Virus record (IMG/VR): IMGVR_UViG_3300044695_002580
Coordinates: 1 to 64,000 of that record
Direction: 5' to 3' (one strand)
Source: a virus
Length of the DNA: 64,000 nucleotides
The position numbers and the translations under genes are program-made. Every line of letters starts with the position of its first letter. Positions within the stretch are counted from its first letter, which is position 1. The notes under the pieces are model-generated. The model searched no databases and was not told the origin of the DNA. It worked only from the letters and a program-made list of their open reading frames with translations. Positions 24,230 through 33,847 of the stretch are shown one piece after another.

Positions 24230-24657
24230 TGCAAACCTTTCTGCCATACGCAGACTTCAAACTAACCGCACAAGTATTAGACTATCGACGCTTAGGCAAA
24301 CAGAGAGTCGAAGCCTATCAAATAGTAAGAGTATTAGACGGCACTCAACAAAGTAACGCATGGCACAACCACCCTGCGGTGCTGATGTGGAGAGATAACC
24401 TAGACGCACTCAAGTCCTACGGGAGAGAGATATGCCTAGAGTGGATACGTCGTGGATATAACGATAACCTTATTACGCACTTCCAGCACAAACCCGCGCC
24501 CGACATGCCAGCGTGGCTAGGCGACGAGCGGATACATATATCACACCAAGCAAACCTAGTGAGAAAGTTACCCGAGCATTATAGGCTACACTTTCCCACA
24601 GTAGATGAAACTATGCCCTACCATTGGCCTATAACTAAGGAGAACCTACATGGCTAA
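24229..24657 (+). CDS. pyrimidine-dimer DNA glycosylase/DenV-like (MSMEG_6728 family)
   Basis: MQTFLPY...LDYRRLGKQRVEAYQI...HPAVLMW...SHQANLVRK. Confidence 0.85.
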   Translation: MQTFLPYADFKLTAQVLDYRRLGKQRVEAYQIVRVLDGTQQSNAWHNHPAVLMWRDNLDALKSYGREICLEWIRRGYNDNLITHFQHKPAPDMPAWLGDERIHISHQANLVRKLPEHYRLHFPTVDETMPYHWPITKENLHG

Positions 24658-24955
24658 AAAGACAGAGCGCACCTTCAAAGCAACCCTTATCAAGAACATG
24701 GAAAAGGGTGGCGCATGGAAGGTTACATACACAATTACCGAAGCACAAAAGAACGACCTCGGTACGTACGACAACGTGGAGATTGATAACATTACTACCG
24801 CTTGGTCTAACGCCAGCGCAGGTAAGCGTTGGATTAAAGAGAGAGTACAAAGCCTCACACCACGAAAGAGTGTGAAGCTCGAGGTTACGTCAGAGGACGA
24901 AAACGGCAAACCTATTAAAATTTCAGGTACTCTAATTTATAAGCAGGAGATTTAA
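24650..24955 (+). CDS. hypothetical protein
   Basis: SD AAGGAG. Confidence 0.6.
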   Translation: MAKKTERTFKATLIKNMEKGGAWKVTYTITEAQKNDLGTYDNVEIDNITTAWSNASAGKRWIKERVQSLTPRKSVKLEVTSEDENGKPIKISGTLIYKQEI

Positions 24956-24957
24956 AT

Positions 24958-25056
24958 ATGAGTTTCATTGAACCTATCGTTCCAGAGCCTCAATGGGGCC
25001 GTCCTAGCCCAGGTATCCCAGATGAAGAGATTTATGACGACGATGATGAGGACTAG
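24958..25056 (+). CDS. acidic micro-protein (32 aa)
   Basis: SD AGGAG; MSFIEPIVPEPQWGRPSPGIPDEEIYDDDDED. Confidence 0.5.
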   Translation: MSFIEPIVPEPQWGRPSPGIPDEEIYDDDDED

Positions 25057-25192
25057 ATTAAACTTAGATACCCTAGTTAAACTTTACAAACGCAATAGTC
25101 GTACAAAATGGATAGCGTGCCACCACTGCGGTCGTATGTTTATAGTTGATAAAAGAAATGTAAGAGTCGATACCTTGTGTGGCTCATGCTAA
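25043..25192 (+). CDS. small Zn-ribbon protein
   Basis: CHHC...CGSC. Confidence 0.45.
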   Translation: MMRTRLNLDTLVKLYKRNSRTKWIACHHCGRMFIVDKRNVRVDTLCGSC

Positions 25193-25297
25193 AACTTAAT
25201 ATAGGCGTCAAAGCGGTTACTGGTTTTCTCTCCCGCTAAGGCTATCCATGAAGCCACACCCTTCAGGCCGAGATAGACCTGCGCCTTACTAAATAAA

Positions 25298-25327
25298 GAA
25301 GCCCCCTAGACTTGGCTAGGGGGCTTC
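25298..25327. terminator. terminator at convergent strand switch
   Basis: GAAGCCCCCTAG/CTAGGGGGCTTC, T-rich tail on the minus strand. Confidence 0.75.
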
Positions 25328-25343
25328 ACTATTTAAGTAGCGA

Positions 25344-27362
25344 TTACGGTATTAAACAGTTGTCGTTAGAGCAGTATTTCTCACCGATTGCATCCGCGGC
25401 CATCCCTGCATAGACGTCTGTGAAGTCAATAGGAAGCAATTTAAATGTGTATTTCTCATACTCATCTTTATTTATTTGCGTATATGGCATTTGCGGGTAA
25501 GTCGCGTTCCCCATTGGTAGGAAGGAAACGGTTTTGAGTTGCCCGTCAAACATGTGAAGTACAGTTCCTACGGCGTCCTTTTCAGTTTCGGCATTAAATG
25601 AGACGGTCACAGATACAGAGTTATCAGACCAGTGGCGTTGGGCAGTAGAGGCAAGCGACATCTTTTCAAAGATAGAAACATCTTTCTCTGAACGGAGAGC
25701 CTGACTCTCAATTGGGAAGAAGACTACGCTAGTAGTTTTAGGTGACTCCGAAGCCTTTTCTATTTTATAACCCGACGCTTTAAACAAAGGTAGCATTGGG
25801 TCATCATTAGAGAAGCGGATTGCACGAAGGAAGTACTGTCCCCCAGGAGTCCAGTGAACCCCAGGAGATTCTCCAGCGAGGATAGACACAGTTCCGCTCG
25901 GCTTCACAGTAGTAGTCTTAATAGATTCGCGGATACCTAGCCACTCGGAGTAAGTGCGGTCGTAGTCTTGGATAATCTTGTATCCAGAGTCCATCCACTC
26001 ACGAAGTACAGGCATACCCACGCGGTCTGCAAAGTTAGCCACACCAGACATAGAAGTTCCGATACGACGATTGCGTTGCATAATCGCATTGGTTTCTTCC
26101 CAGTGAGTAGGTAGCAACGTAACAGTCTTAGCGTATAGGTACGCAAACTTTAGAGTACGTAGGTAATCTTCTTTAGATTCGTGGCGGTTGAGGTAAGTTT
26201 CAACCAAGGTACAGCACTCAAAGGATTCGAGTGATTGCTCGGCGCATGGGTTGTAACCCGCGGCTCGGTGGTCTTTGTTATTAGGTGGGTCGATAAGACG
26301 TCCGTATTTGCGGGTAACGTCCATCCAGATAACTCCAGGCTCACCATTGAGAGCGATACCCTCAACGATATGTTCTAAATTAGAGCCTACTGATACCTCA
26401 ACAGAGTTATTAGACATCCAGGCCCAGCCAGGATTGGCGGCATCATAGGAGTTACGTTCAGGGTATTTAGCAGGGTTCTTTAAATTTAAAAAGTCCTCAT
26501 CGTCCAGTCTGCCCATGAGCAGCTCAGCAGAGCGGCGGACATTGCCCGAGACTACACAGACACCTATTAAATTACCGATATCGGCAATATCTACCCTAGT
26601 TAATTTTTGACCAGCCCTATCTTTAAATATATTACGGATATACTCATGAAGTTTAATCAGAGGTTCAGGGCCCGCGGCCGTGCCGCCAAAGGTCTTGATG
26701 GGTACGCCAGCAGGACGGATAACAGAGTAATCAAATATAGGATTCTTCTTATCAGCGATTAAGTAGGCATTGATTAACAGACTTACCGATTCCACCCACC
26801 CCTCACGTGTATCAGGGATAAGGATTGGGGCGGTGTCTGGTTCTGGTGAGTAAATGGTGAAGTCCTTGTCCGCACCCTTGTCGTCAAATCCGACGCCCAC
26901 ACCCAACATCGATGCTTCCATTAGAAAAGCAAATGGTTTAGCGGGGTCTAATTTAGACATGCTAGAAGTAGATACGAAAGCACAGTTCTGCAGTGCTGCC
27001 GAGTTCTTGAGCTCATTGACAAGCGGGGTACCCATAACCCACAGACCTCGGCCTGGTGGGGTCCACTTTAAATTAAACAGACGGTCAAACGCTTCCTTAG
27101 CAGAGGCTTGGGCCCTGGTATCGTTCCAGGGTAGTCGACTGGTTTTGCAGTGGTCTTTTTGTAGGGAGTACATGCCCTCGATTACACGCTGGCAAACATC
27201 AACCCAAGTCTCCTTAGTTCCGTCCTCTTTTAAACGGGAGTAGGTGCGAAGGAAAGTAATCTCGCCAACCGAATTACCGCCCGCATCTTTATAACCCCAA
27301 GGCACTTTCTTGCTTCGATACTCCTTTAGGAAGTCCTCGGTTAGTCTAAAAGATAGGGGCAT
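25344..27362 (-). CDS. nrdJ: class II (B12-dependent) ribonucleoside-triphosphate reductase
   Basis: WTPPGRGLW, LQNCAF, GNVRRSAEL, NPCAEQSL, TVKPSGT, C-terminal CxxxxC. Confidence 0.92.
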   Translation of the reverse strand: MPLSFRLTEDFLKEYRSKKVPWGYKDAGGNSVGEITFLRTYSRLKEDGTKETWVDVCQRVIEGMYSLQKDHCKTSRLPWNDTRAQASAKEAFDRLFNLKWTPPGRGLWVMGTPLVNELKNSAALQNCAFVSTSSMSKLDPAKPFAFLMEASMLGVGVGFDDKGADKDFTIYSPEPDTAPILIPDTREGWVESVSLLINAYLIADKKNPIFDYSVIRPAGVPIKTFGGTAAGPEPLIKLHEYIRNIFKDRAGQKLTRVDIADIGNLIGVCVVSGNVRRSAELLMGRLDDEDFLNLKNPAKYPERNSYDAANPGWAWMSNNSVEVSVGSNLEHIVEGIALNGEPGVIWMDVTRKYGRLIDPPNNKDHRAAGYNPCAEQSLESFECCTLVETYLNRHESKEDYLRTLKFAYLYAKTVTLLPTHWEETNAIMQRNRRIGTSMSGVANFADRVGMPVLREWMDSGYKIIQDYDRTYSEWLGIRESIKTTTVKPSGTVSILAGESPGVHWTPGGQYFLRAIRFSNDDPMLPLFKASGYKIEKASESPKTTSVVFFPIESQALRSEKDVSIFEKMSLASTAQRHWSDNSVSVTVSFNAETEKDAVGTVLHMFDGQLKTVSFLPMGNATYPQMPYTQINKDEYEKYTFKLLPIDFTDVYAGMAADAIGEKYCSNDNCLIP

Positions 27363-27469
27363 TTGATTCTCCTTTATTGGCGGGGGTGTTAGTCTAGTGA
27401 TGAGTTACAGCCTATTTCAGACTGTGTATATTTAGTTGTGTGGTAGCGCTATTATCAGGATAAGTAAAA

Positions 27470-28915
27470 CTACTTATCCTCAGTTAAATCTTTAATAATC
27501 TTGGTAGTCTCCGTCTCATTTAGCCCGTTATTAGGTAGTTCTTTTAGGACTTGAGCCTTGTCTCCGAAGATAGAAGATAGCACTCCTGCCGAGCCTTGGC
27601 GCTCTACGGTCATGCGGATAAACTCCCTAGAGTCGTCCAATTCCTTGACCGTCTTGATTAATTTAAACAGTCTATCTATCTCTTGGGAAACGTTCGGGTC
27701 AGCGTACCCACCGTTCATTTCTTCGCTAAAACGCATAAAAGCAACCCTTTGTCCCTGCATTTCGATGATTGCATTGATTAGGCTCTTGAGTTGGTCTTTG
27801 CTCTTTACCTCTACTGGTAACTTAAAAGCGCACATAGATTGAGGCTTGAAAGCAGGGCAGTTGGCGGCTACGAAACAGGTGTCGCACTGGCGCAACGTAC
27901 CTGATTGCGAGGTAACATGCACGTTGTCGGTGATGACGCCATCGCCATCTACATCGCTCTTAACCTCGTATCCGAACACTGGTAAATTGATGATTTCATC
28001 GGGATTGCGTGGCATAAGTTTCCGCATATCTACCCCCTTATTATCAGCATCCGTAGGGGTGATTTCCGTGTTTGGCGTACCTGCCTCATCCTGATAATAA
28101 GACTCTCCCACTTTGTTTATCCTCTCTTCAAAACGTTCATAAGACCATACCGCTAGGCGGCAAACCTCTTTGTTGTCGTCCTCGGCTATGAGGTCGGCGT
28201 CGATTCCAGCCTTGGCATACACGTGGTTATACCTTGAACGGGATTGTTCCTTCATGCGCTTGGGATATCGCATAAGCCTAGTACCATCCCAGACGATTGT
28301 CTCCCCATGAGTCATGGGTGATAGCCACGATAGGGTATGAGCAGTTTCGGCTTGGATTGAACGAAGGTTGTCTGGCTTGGCACATCCTAGCGCATGAAAC
28401 CTAGTTCCCTGACGCTTGGTGGCGGTTCTGGTGGTGGAGGCCAGCCTGGTCTCAGATTCAATGGCTGCCCCTGGGATTCCGATATCTAAATAGTTATTTA
28501 TAAGCCTGTTGAGGTTATCTAAACCTAAGTCTGGATTCCAGACGGGCAGAAACTTGCCTGGCGGCACCTGGGCCCAAGCTGTGCGGCGCTGTTCCTCTAC
28601 GAAGGCTGGGTCTACAAATCCATAATTAAGTTCTGCAAATAAAGTTAATCTATCAATATTCATCGCTACAAACTGCTCGTAGGCAGCTGCGAATTCTTCG
28701 AGCTCAAGGCGTCCCATCTTGGCCGACAGGGGTATCCCTGGATATAAATATATATAGGAGTCTTTTGGGAAGTAGTTATCTATTAAATAGGGTTTTGTTT
28801 TAGGTAGCCCTCGACGCACCAGGCCGTGGAAACTGATGCCCAGGTGGTTAGCCGTGGTGGTTTCAAGAAGGGTTCGATTGCTGGGGACCTCGCACCCCAT
28901 ATATACAATTTTCAT
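27470..28915 (-). CDS. hypothetical, possible degenerate TGT/DpdA-like barrel with Cys cluster and coiled coil
   Basis: RFHALG...ETAHTLSW resembles HxLG...SxDSxSW; CDTCFVAANCPAF...C. Confidence 0.4.
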   Translation of the reverse strand: MKIVYMGCEVPSNRTLLETTTANHLGISFHGLVRRGLPKTKPYLIDNYFPKDSYIYLYPGIPLSAKMGRLELEEFAAAYEQFVAMNIDRLTLFAELNYGFVDPAFVEEQRRTAWAQVPPGKFLPVWNPDLGLDNLNRLINNYLDIGIPGAAIESETRLASTTRTATKRQGTRFHALGCAKPDNLRSIQAETAHTLSWLSPMTHGETIVWDGTRLMRYPKRMKEQSRSRYNHVYAKAGIDADLIAEDDNKEVCRLAVWSYERFEERINKVGESYYQDEAGTPNTEITPTDADNKGVDMRKLMPRNPDEIINLPVFGYEVKSDVDGDGVITDNVHVTSQSGTLRQCDTCFVAANCPAFKPQSMCAFKLPVEVKSKDQLKSLINAIIEMQGQRVAFMRFSEEMNGGYADPNVSQEIDRLFKLIKTVKELDDSREFIRMTVERQGSAGVLSSIFGDKAQVLKELPNNGLNETETTKIIKDLTEDK

Positions 28916-29385
28916 TACAGACGGTCTCTGCGGGAGTCATTGTCGTACTCATCCTGTTGCCTGATTAGTTCATCTTGAATCTGGGCCCAGGACTTGAACC
29001 CACGCTTTAGGCTATCGGGTCTGAAGTTCTCATTGGTGTAGATAGGGTGCAGGAACATGATGGTCGTGATGCCACGTACCAGCAACTTAAGGGCTAGGTC
29101 TGGGTCTGAAGTAACTACATACTCAACTGGCCCCTGTGAGCGAATCCACTCTACGTGTCGTAGTTTTGGCTCATCTCCTGGGAACGGCACATCCTCTAAC
29201 GAAACTAGGTCGTCAAAGTTATTGATGCGTTGTTGCCGTAGCCAGTGGTCTGCTTTTTCTTTATCTTCACATAAAATTAAAACTCTGTGTTTTTCTTTTA
29301 GGGTTCGATAAAACGCAAGGCCCTCAACTATTGGATGCTTTTTGTGGTTACGCATAACCTCATCCATAAATACTAATATTGCCAC
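28915..29385 (-). CDS. HAD-like protein (degenerate motif I)
   Basis: ILVFMDEVM, Rossmann-like pattern, WL....I..FDDL. Confidence 0.45.
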   Translation of the reverse strand: MAILVFMDEVMRNHKKHPIVEGLAFYRTLKEKHRVLILCEDKEKADHWLRQQRINNFDDLVSLEDVPFPGDEPKLRHVEWIRSQGPVEYVVTSDPDLALKLLVRGITTIMFLHPIYTNENFRPDSLKRGFKSWAQIQDELIRQQDEYDNDSRRDRL

Positions 29386-29400
29386 GTCTTAGTTCTCCTA

Positions 29401-30330
29401 CTACTTTTTGTTAATTAAGGCCCGCCTAATTAATGTATCTGTTGTTGGTAATTGCATACCATAAGTTTGCTTCTCAAACTCTGCTTTAGAATCATCGGCA
29501 ATTTCTTTCATCTGCTTTAGTGCCTGGACAATACCACTGGCCTTGCCAGATTGCCAACGGTAATTATGCACATCTGCATAGCCTTGCCCGCTTGGACTAA
29601 ACGCATACTTTCTACCTTGGTGTATATCTTCGAATAATGATGCACCTTGTTCAACTGCTAATTTTAATGCTGCTTCTGCATTTCTACGTGCAACATCTGT
29701 TGATGCTGCACCTATTTTAGATAGTGCATCTGCATACCTACTTAAAATTTCTGTAGCCATTGACGTGTCTTGTGCAACCTTTCGTTCCCACATTTTGTTA
29801 ACTGGTACACCGCGAATCTCTGGTTGTACTGTCCAGTCATCTGCGGTTAACGAGTAGGCAGCATACGGTTTGATTGACCGTATATCTGATTGGGCGTTAA
29901 CATAGAACGTCAGTTCAAATATGTCAAGAAAGTTTGCAGTATTTGGGTGAATCTGTCGTAGGAGGTCGTTGAAGGTTTTGGCGATTTCTTTATCGCTAAG
30001 TCCTTTGTACTCTGGATTAGATTGTCTAAATATTAAATAATTAACCCCGATTAAACAGTCTAGGTCAGCTGGTTTACGAGCTGCAGTCCACTGGTAGCTT
30101 ACAGCTGAGCCAGCTAGCCAGACGTGGCAATAGGCCTCTGGGTTCTTAAACTGTGTTTTTAAATGGGTAAGTAGGATTCTTAATATAGATGCCCTGACTG
30201 ACGGGACAATTTTTCCGTTTCGGAACAGTCTAGGGTCTAGACCAGCTGACGGAGCTGCGAAGTAGGAAGTTTCTGACGGCTCTACCGACACTGGCCGTGC
30301 CTGTTGCGCCAGTGCTTTTTGGTAATCCAT
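29401..30330 (-). CDS. Pol-beta superfamily nucleotidyltransferase
   Basis: LAGSAVSYQW...DLDCLI, ELTFYV, AAYSL...W. Confidence 0.75.
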   Translation of the reverse strand: MDYQKALAQQARPVSVEPSETSYFAAPSAGLDPRLFRNGKIVPSVRASILRILLTHLKTQFKNPEAYCHVWLAGSAVSYQWTAARKPADLDCLIGVNYLIFRQSNPEYKGLSDKEIAKTFNDLLRQIHPNTANFLDIFELTFYVNAQSDIRSIKPYAAYSLTADDWTVQPEIRGVPVNKMWERKVAQDTSMATEILSRYADALSKIGAASTDVARRNAEAALKLAVEQGASLFEDIHQGRKYAFSPSGQGYADVHNYRWQSGKASGIVQALKQMKEIADDSKAEFEKQTYGMQLPTTDTLIRRALINKK

Positions 30331-30334
30331 GTTC

Positions 30335-30571
30335 CTAGTCTATATCTTTTTTGTGACTTTCTTTGTACTTAACGTCAGTATCCCACTCAATTATGCGATG
30401 GGTCTCTGGTACATCGGTCTTTACTGTGTTCATAAAACCACAAGCGGCATGTGAATTAACAAATTGGGTTGCCCACAATATAACTAATGTTTCATTTCCA
30501 ACTTCGGCAACGTCCGCTTGGAAACTACACTCACACTTGCATGTCATTTCAATAAATGCCATGACTGCCAC
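30335..30571 (-). CDS. small hypothetical protein
   Basis: CKCEC...H..C. Confidence 0.5.
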   Translation of the reverse strand: MAVMAFIEMTCKCECSFQADVAEVGNETLVILWATQFVNSHAACGFMNTVKTDVPETHRIIEWDTDVKYKESHKKDID

Positions 30572-30665
30572 CTATCCCTAGTTTTGTACATACAGTATAC
30601 CGCTGCTGTACGGGCTAATGTCTAGTGTATGGGGATGGGTTTTTGTGAATTTTGGGCTAATAAGC

Positions 30666-31229
30666 CTATTTGGTGTACAGACCCTTGGCCTTGTTATGCC
30701 TCATCATGTTGTAGGACTTGACGGGGCAGAAGTCGCATAGGTGCATCTTTGGCGCCTTGCTAGCGTCTAGACCAGCATCTCTACGTTCTGCAGAGGTACC
30801 TGCCGTTAATATCTTCTTATCTGTCTTGTAGTCGCTGCACTGTCCCTGTGGACGGTTGTGTTGGGCGAAACACGTCATAGCGTCTGCTGAAAAGTTAGCC
30901 TTGGTATCGTAAAAATTGGTACCAAATACATCTAATCCAGGCGAACCGCCCTTTTGGAATTGCTCAACAATCTGCTTCTTACCGTCTGGATGTTGCCACA
31001 CGAGCAGGTCTGCATCTGCAAGCATACCTTTGTGATTAGGGTGACGCTCTACCATCTGGTGTAGGAAAGGGTTTTGGTTCTGGTCGTGACCAGGCTTACC
31101 GTCAAATGGAAAACGGTCATCATATGGGATTTCATCTACGCTTTTGCAGTCGTAGCAAGCTAACAGAAGTACCTTAGGGCGGTCTTCTGGCTTCTCCTTG
31201 GGGTTTAATTTAGAAAGGTCTAGTACCAT
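30666..31229 (-). CDS. Cys/His metal-binding hypothetical protein
   Basis: CYDC, HPNH, C...H...C, CDFC; leaderless TAGTCT-6nt-ATG. Confidence 0.6.
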   Translation of the reverse strand: MVLDLSKLNPKEKPEDRPKVLLLACYDCKSVDEIPYDDRFPFDGKPGHDQNQNPFLHQMVERHPNHKGMLADADLLVWQHPDGKKQIVEQFQKGGSPGLDVFGTNFYDTKANFSADAMTCFAQHNRPQGQCSDYKTDKKILTAGTSAERRDAGLDASKAPKMHLCDFCPVKSYNMMRHNKAKGLYTK

Positions 31230-31246
31230 TAGATAAGACTAGCACA

Positions 31247-31744
31247 CTATTTGCCAAACAGGTTACGCATTACCTCGTTTTTGTCTTCAATCAGTGGGTT
31301 GCTTTCTTTTTTAGCCGCGCCACGTGGTGGAAGTGGGGCAGGTGGTCGCATACCAGGAGCGGTTGGACGTGTGCCAATTGGTGCAGTCTTATTTGACGGA
31401 CGCTTGGCTAGATTAGCCGCCACCATCTTCTGCATAATTGGCTGCAGAACTTCCTTGTTATCTTGTTGAATAAAGGTACGACGTGGGAAGGATGCATCAC
31501 CATTTGGGTGGATAACGATATCGTCAGCCAAACCGTTGTTCATAAGGTGACCTAAAAGGGCCTTGTGGTCTTGGTTGTTGCTATCGTACCTAAATCTAAA
31601 ATCTTTGCTGGTGTCTCTAGGGTTGTCACGCATTTCCTGTAGGCGTGCAGCTTCATTGGCAGCAGCTTTCTTGGCAGACTTCTTAACATCTACTTTTGGC
31701 TGCTTTTTGTTAGGGTCTAAGGAAAGCTCGTATTCTTTAGCCAT
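31247..31744 (-). CDS. hypothetical protein
   Basis: ORF in coupled string. Confidence 0.6.
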   Translation of the reverse strand: MAKEYELSLDPNKKQPKVDVKKSAKKAAANEAARLQEMRDNPRDTSKDFRFRYDSNNQDHKALLGHLMNNGLADDIVIHPNGDASFPRRTFIQQDNKEVLQPIMQKMVAANLAKRPSNKTAPIGTRPTAPGMRPPAPLPPRGAAKKESNPLIEDKNEVMRNLFGK

Positions 31745-32122
31745 TTACTTGCCCTTTGCTGGGTCTGTATTAATCTTAATTACTTCGCGTGGCTTGGTCT
31801 CAAACTTACGCTTTACAGCCTCACGAGCCTCGGCGTCTTTTACAGCAGCGCCAGACTTGGCGCGGTTAGTAAGCGCGGTGCTAACCTCGTTATAGGTCGC
31901 TGGTGATTGCTCCCATTGATAGGTACTACGTCGCTCACCTGGCTCTTTAGGACGTGTTCTTACGCCATTCTTTGCTGGACCAACAAAGCCATGAAGATAG
32001 TTAAGGTCTCTGTGTGCATCTGGAGACATATCAATGCCTCTAAGCGCAGCACTATCAGCTAGACGTGCTTCAATTTGAGGTACACGACTAGGGTCGTAAG
32101 CGCGGTCGTATGCGTCAGCCAT
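31745..32122 (-). CDS. hypothetical protein
   Basis: ORF in coupled string. Confidence 0.6.
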   Translation of the reverse strand: MADAYDRAYDPSRVPQIEARLADSAALRGIDMSPDAHRDLNYLHGFVGPAKNGVRTRPKEPGERRSTYQWEQSPATYNEVSTALTNRAKSGAAVKDAEAREAVKRKFETKPREVIKINTDPAKGK

Positions 32123-32478
32123 TAGCCTTTACCCTGCATTGCACCTTTAGTTTTACCTAAAGTAGTACCGCTAATAGATACGCCACTTACGGTCGCACCT
32201 GTAACAATTGGTGAATCATTGAGGCTTTTGCCTGGTCCAATAAAGCTAACCCCTCTTAAACGCTTACCACTTTTAGAAATTGTTGGGCCATCGTTGTCCC
32301 CAGTTGCCATGTCATAACCAATTCGTGAAGATACAGCATCGCTAATGGTCTTACTACCGCCAGAAAGCTGTCCGCGAGAAGCAGCTCTGTTTGATAATTC
32401 CTCGTTACTTGCAGGGTCGTTCTTATAAAATATATTAGGACGACGTGCTGGGTCGTATTCTCTACGTGGCGCAGCCAT
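32122..32478 (-). CDS. hypothetical protein
   Basis: ORF in coupled string. Confidence 0.6.
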   Translation of the reverse strand: MAAPRREYDPARRPNIFYKNDPASNEELSNRAASRGQLSGGSKTISDAVSSRIGYDMATGDNDGPTISKSGKRLRGVSFIGPGKSLNDSPIVTGATVSGVSISGTTLGKTKGAMQGKG

Positions 32479-32479
32479 A

Positions 32480-32689
32480 TTAGTTACCTGCTGGGTTTAC
32501 TTTATTTGGCTCTTCTGAGTTGATAAAACCGTAGTTCATGTATGGGTGTAGACCTGCGCGGTTAGCAGCAACGGTCTGGTCTCCCATGCCTGGTTGTACG
32601 GTTGTATTTGGACGACGCTTGCGATACTTGCCGTCTGTTGCGCCCTCTGTCATGTCGCCATTGAGGGAACGTGATTCGTTAGTTGCCAT
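32480..32689 (-). CDS. hypothetical protein
   Basis: Start MATNESR coupled to upstream stop. Confidence 0.55.
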   Translation of the reverse strand: MATNESRSLNGDMTEGATDGKYRKRRPNTTVQPGMGDQTVAANRAGLHPYMNYGFINSEEPNKVNPAGN

Positions 32690-32901
32690 TATGCCATCCG
32701 TCCTTTGACTAATCGTGAGGCCTTGATACGGTTGCACTTTGGGCAAACGTCCTGGTCTCTCAATGATTCTACTGGATTCATGTGAGAACCACAGGCTTTA
32801 CAGGCCTTAGTACCGTTATAAATGGTGCCTAGGCTAACATCTGTGGCTCCAGCCATGCCTTCTCCTGTGCTATCTGTGAATAATCCTGGGTCTTTGCTCA
32901 T
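32689..32901 (-). CDS. small Zn-ribbon protein
   Basis: CKAC...CPKC. Confidence 0.6.
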   Translation of the reverse strand: MSKDPGLFTDSTGEGMAGATDVSLGTIYNGTKACKACGSHMNPVESLRDQDVCPKCNRIKASRLVKGRMA

Positions 32902-33281
32902 TAGATTGACCCTCCTAATGTGTTTCGGCTTGTTGATTGGGTAGTGTTAGGGGTGTTGGAGTAATCAGACTCTACACGCTGTTCTCTACCTGCAGGAAGA
33001 CGTACGATATCTTCCAAACCTAACTCTACCTCAGTATAGCCGTAGCGGTCTGGGAATAGGTTAATTTGTGGCAAGTTGGGACGAACATACTCTTGTAGTT
33101 CTGCGCCGCTCATAGTCCAGGTAGCAAGCGCCTGATTAAGTAGGCGGTCTTGATTAGACTGGAATGGCCCTAAGTATTCCTGTGGGGGAAACGCAGCCTC
33201 TTCAGGTGTGTGATAAGGCTTGCGACCATCATTAGTCCACGGTCTGCGACCGTAGGTACCGTCTGAATATTTACCTGGCAT
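32901..33281 (-). CDS. hypothetical protein
   Basis: ORF in coupled string. Confidence 0.6.
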   Translation of the reverse strand: MPGKYSDGTYGRRPWTNDGRKPYHTPEEAAFPPQEYLGPFQSNQDRLLNQALATWTMSGAELQEYVRPNLPQINLFPDRYGYTEVELGLEDIVRLPAGREQRVESDYSNTPNTTQSTSRNTLGGSI

Positions 33282-33284
33282 AGT

Positions 33285-33824
33285 TTACTTCCACTGTGGT
33301 CTCATGCGTGCCATTTGGTCTTGGCGTGCGTTGTTAACATACATTGGTGAATCACTGCGTACAGTTGGGCCAGCCTTACCATCATTTGGCAAGTGTGGTG
33401 CTGGAGCAATGTCTGCCATAAATACATGGCGAGGACTTCTGTAAACGTTGCCTTCTTTAACAGCGTTCATTTGACGAACAATGCCAGAGTGTGGTTCAAG
33501 ACCAGCTGGGTAGTAATAACCCTGTTGGTCAATTCGTTCACCACGGTGCACACCACGTTGGTATGAACGCTGGCCTATTCTAACTTTAAGTGAGTCGAGC
33601 ACATTTTCAGATTGTGAATTAGGGCGGCCGCGGTCATCACGACGTGTGCGGATAGTACCTAAGTATCCATCTGGATATTCTGCTTGTGGTGCTCGACCTA
33701 CACCTAATCGAAGTTCATCAAGCTCATTACGAGCAACAGGAACACCGCCGCCACCGTAGTTTGTATACGTACCGTATAAACCACTGGCGCCTAGGTTCTG
33801 TGTATTTTGATGTGGATTAGGCAT
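33285..33824 (-). CDS. hypothetical protein
   Basis: Leaderless TATCAT-6nt-ATG; first gene of the string. Confidence 0.65.
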   Translation of the reverse strand: MPNPHQNTQNLGASGLYGTYTNYGGGGVPVARNELDELRLGVGRAPQAEYPDGYLGTIRTRRDDRGRPNSQSENVLDSLKVRIGQRSYQRGVHRGERIDQQGYYYPAGLEPHSGIVRQMNAVKEGNVYRSPRHVFMADIAPAPHLPNDGKAGPTVRSDSPMYVNNARQDQMARMRPQWK

Positions 33825-33847
33825 GCCTCAATGATACGCCTGTATGT

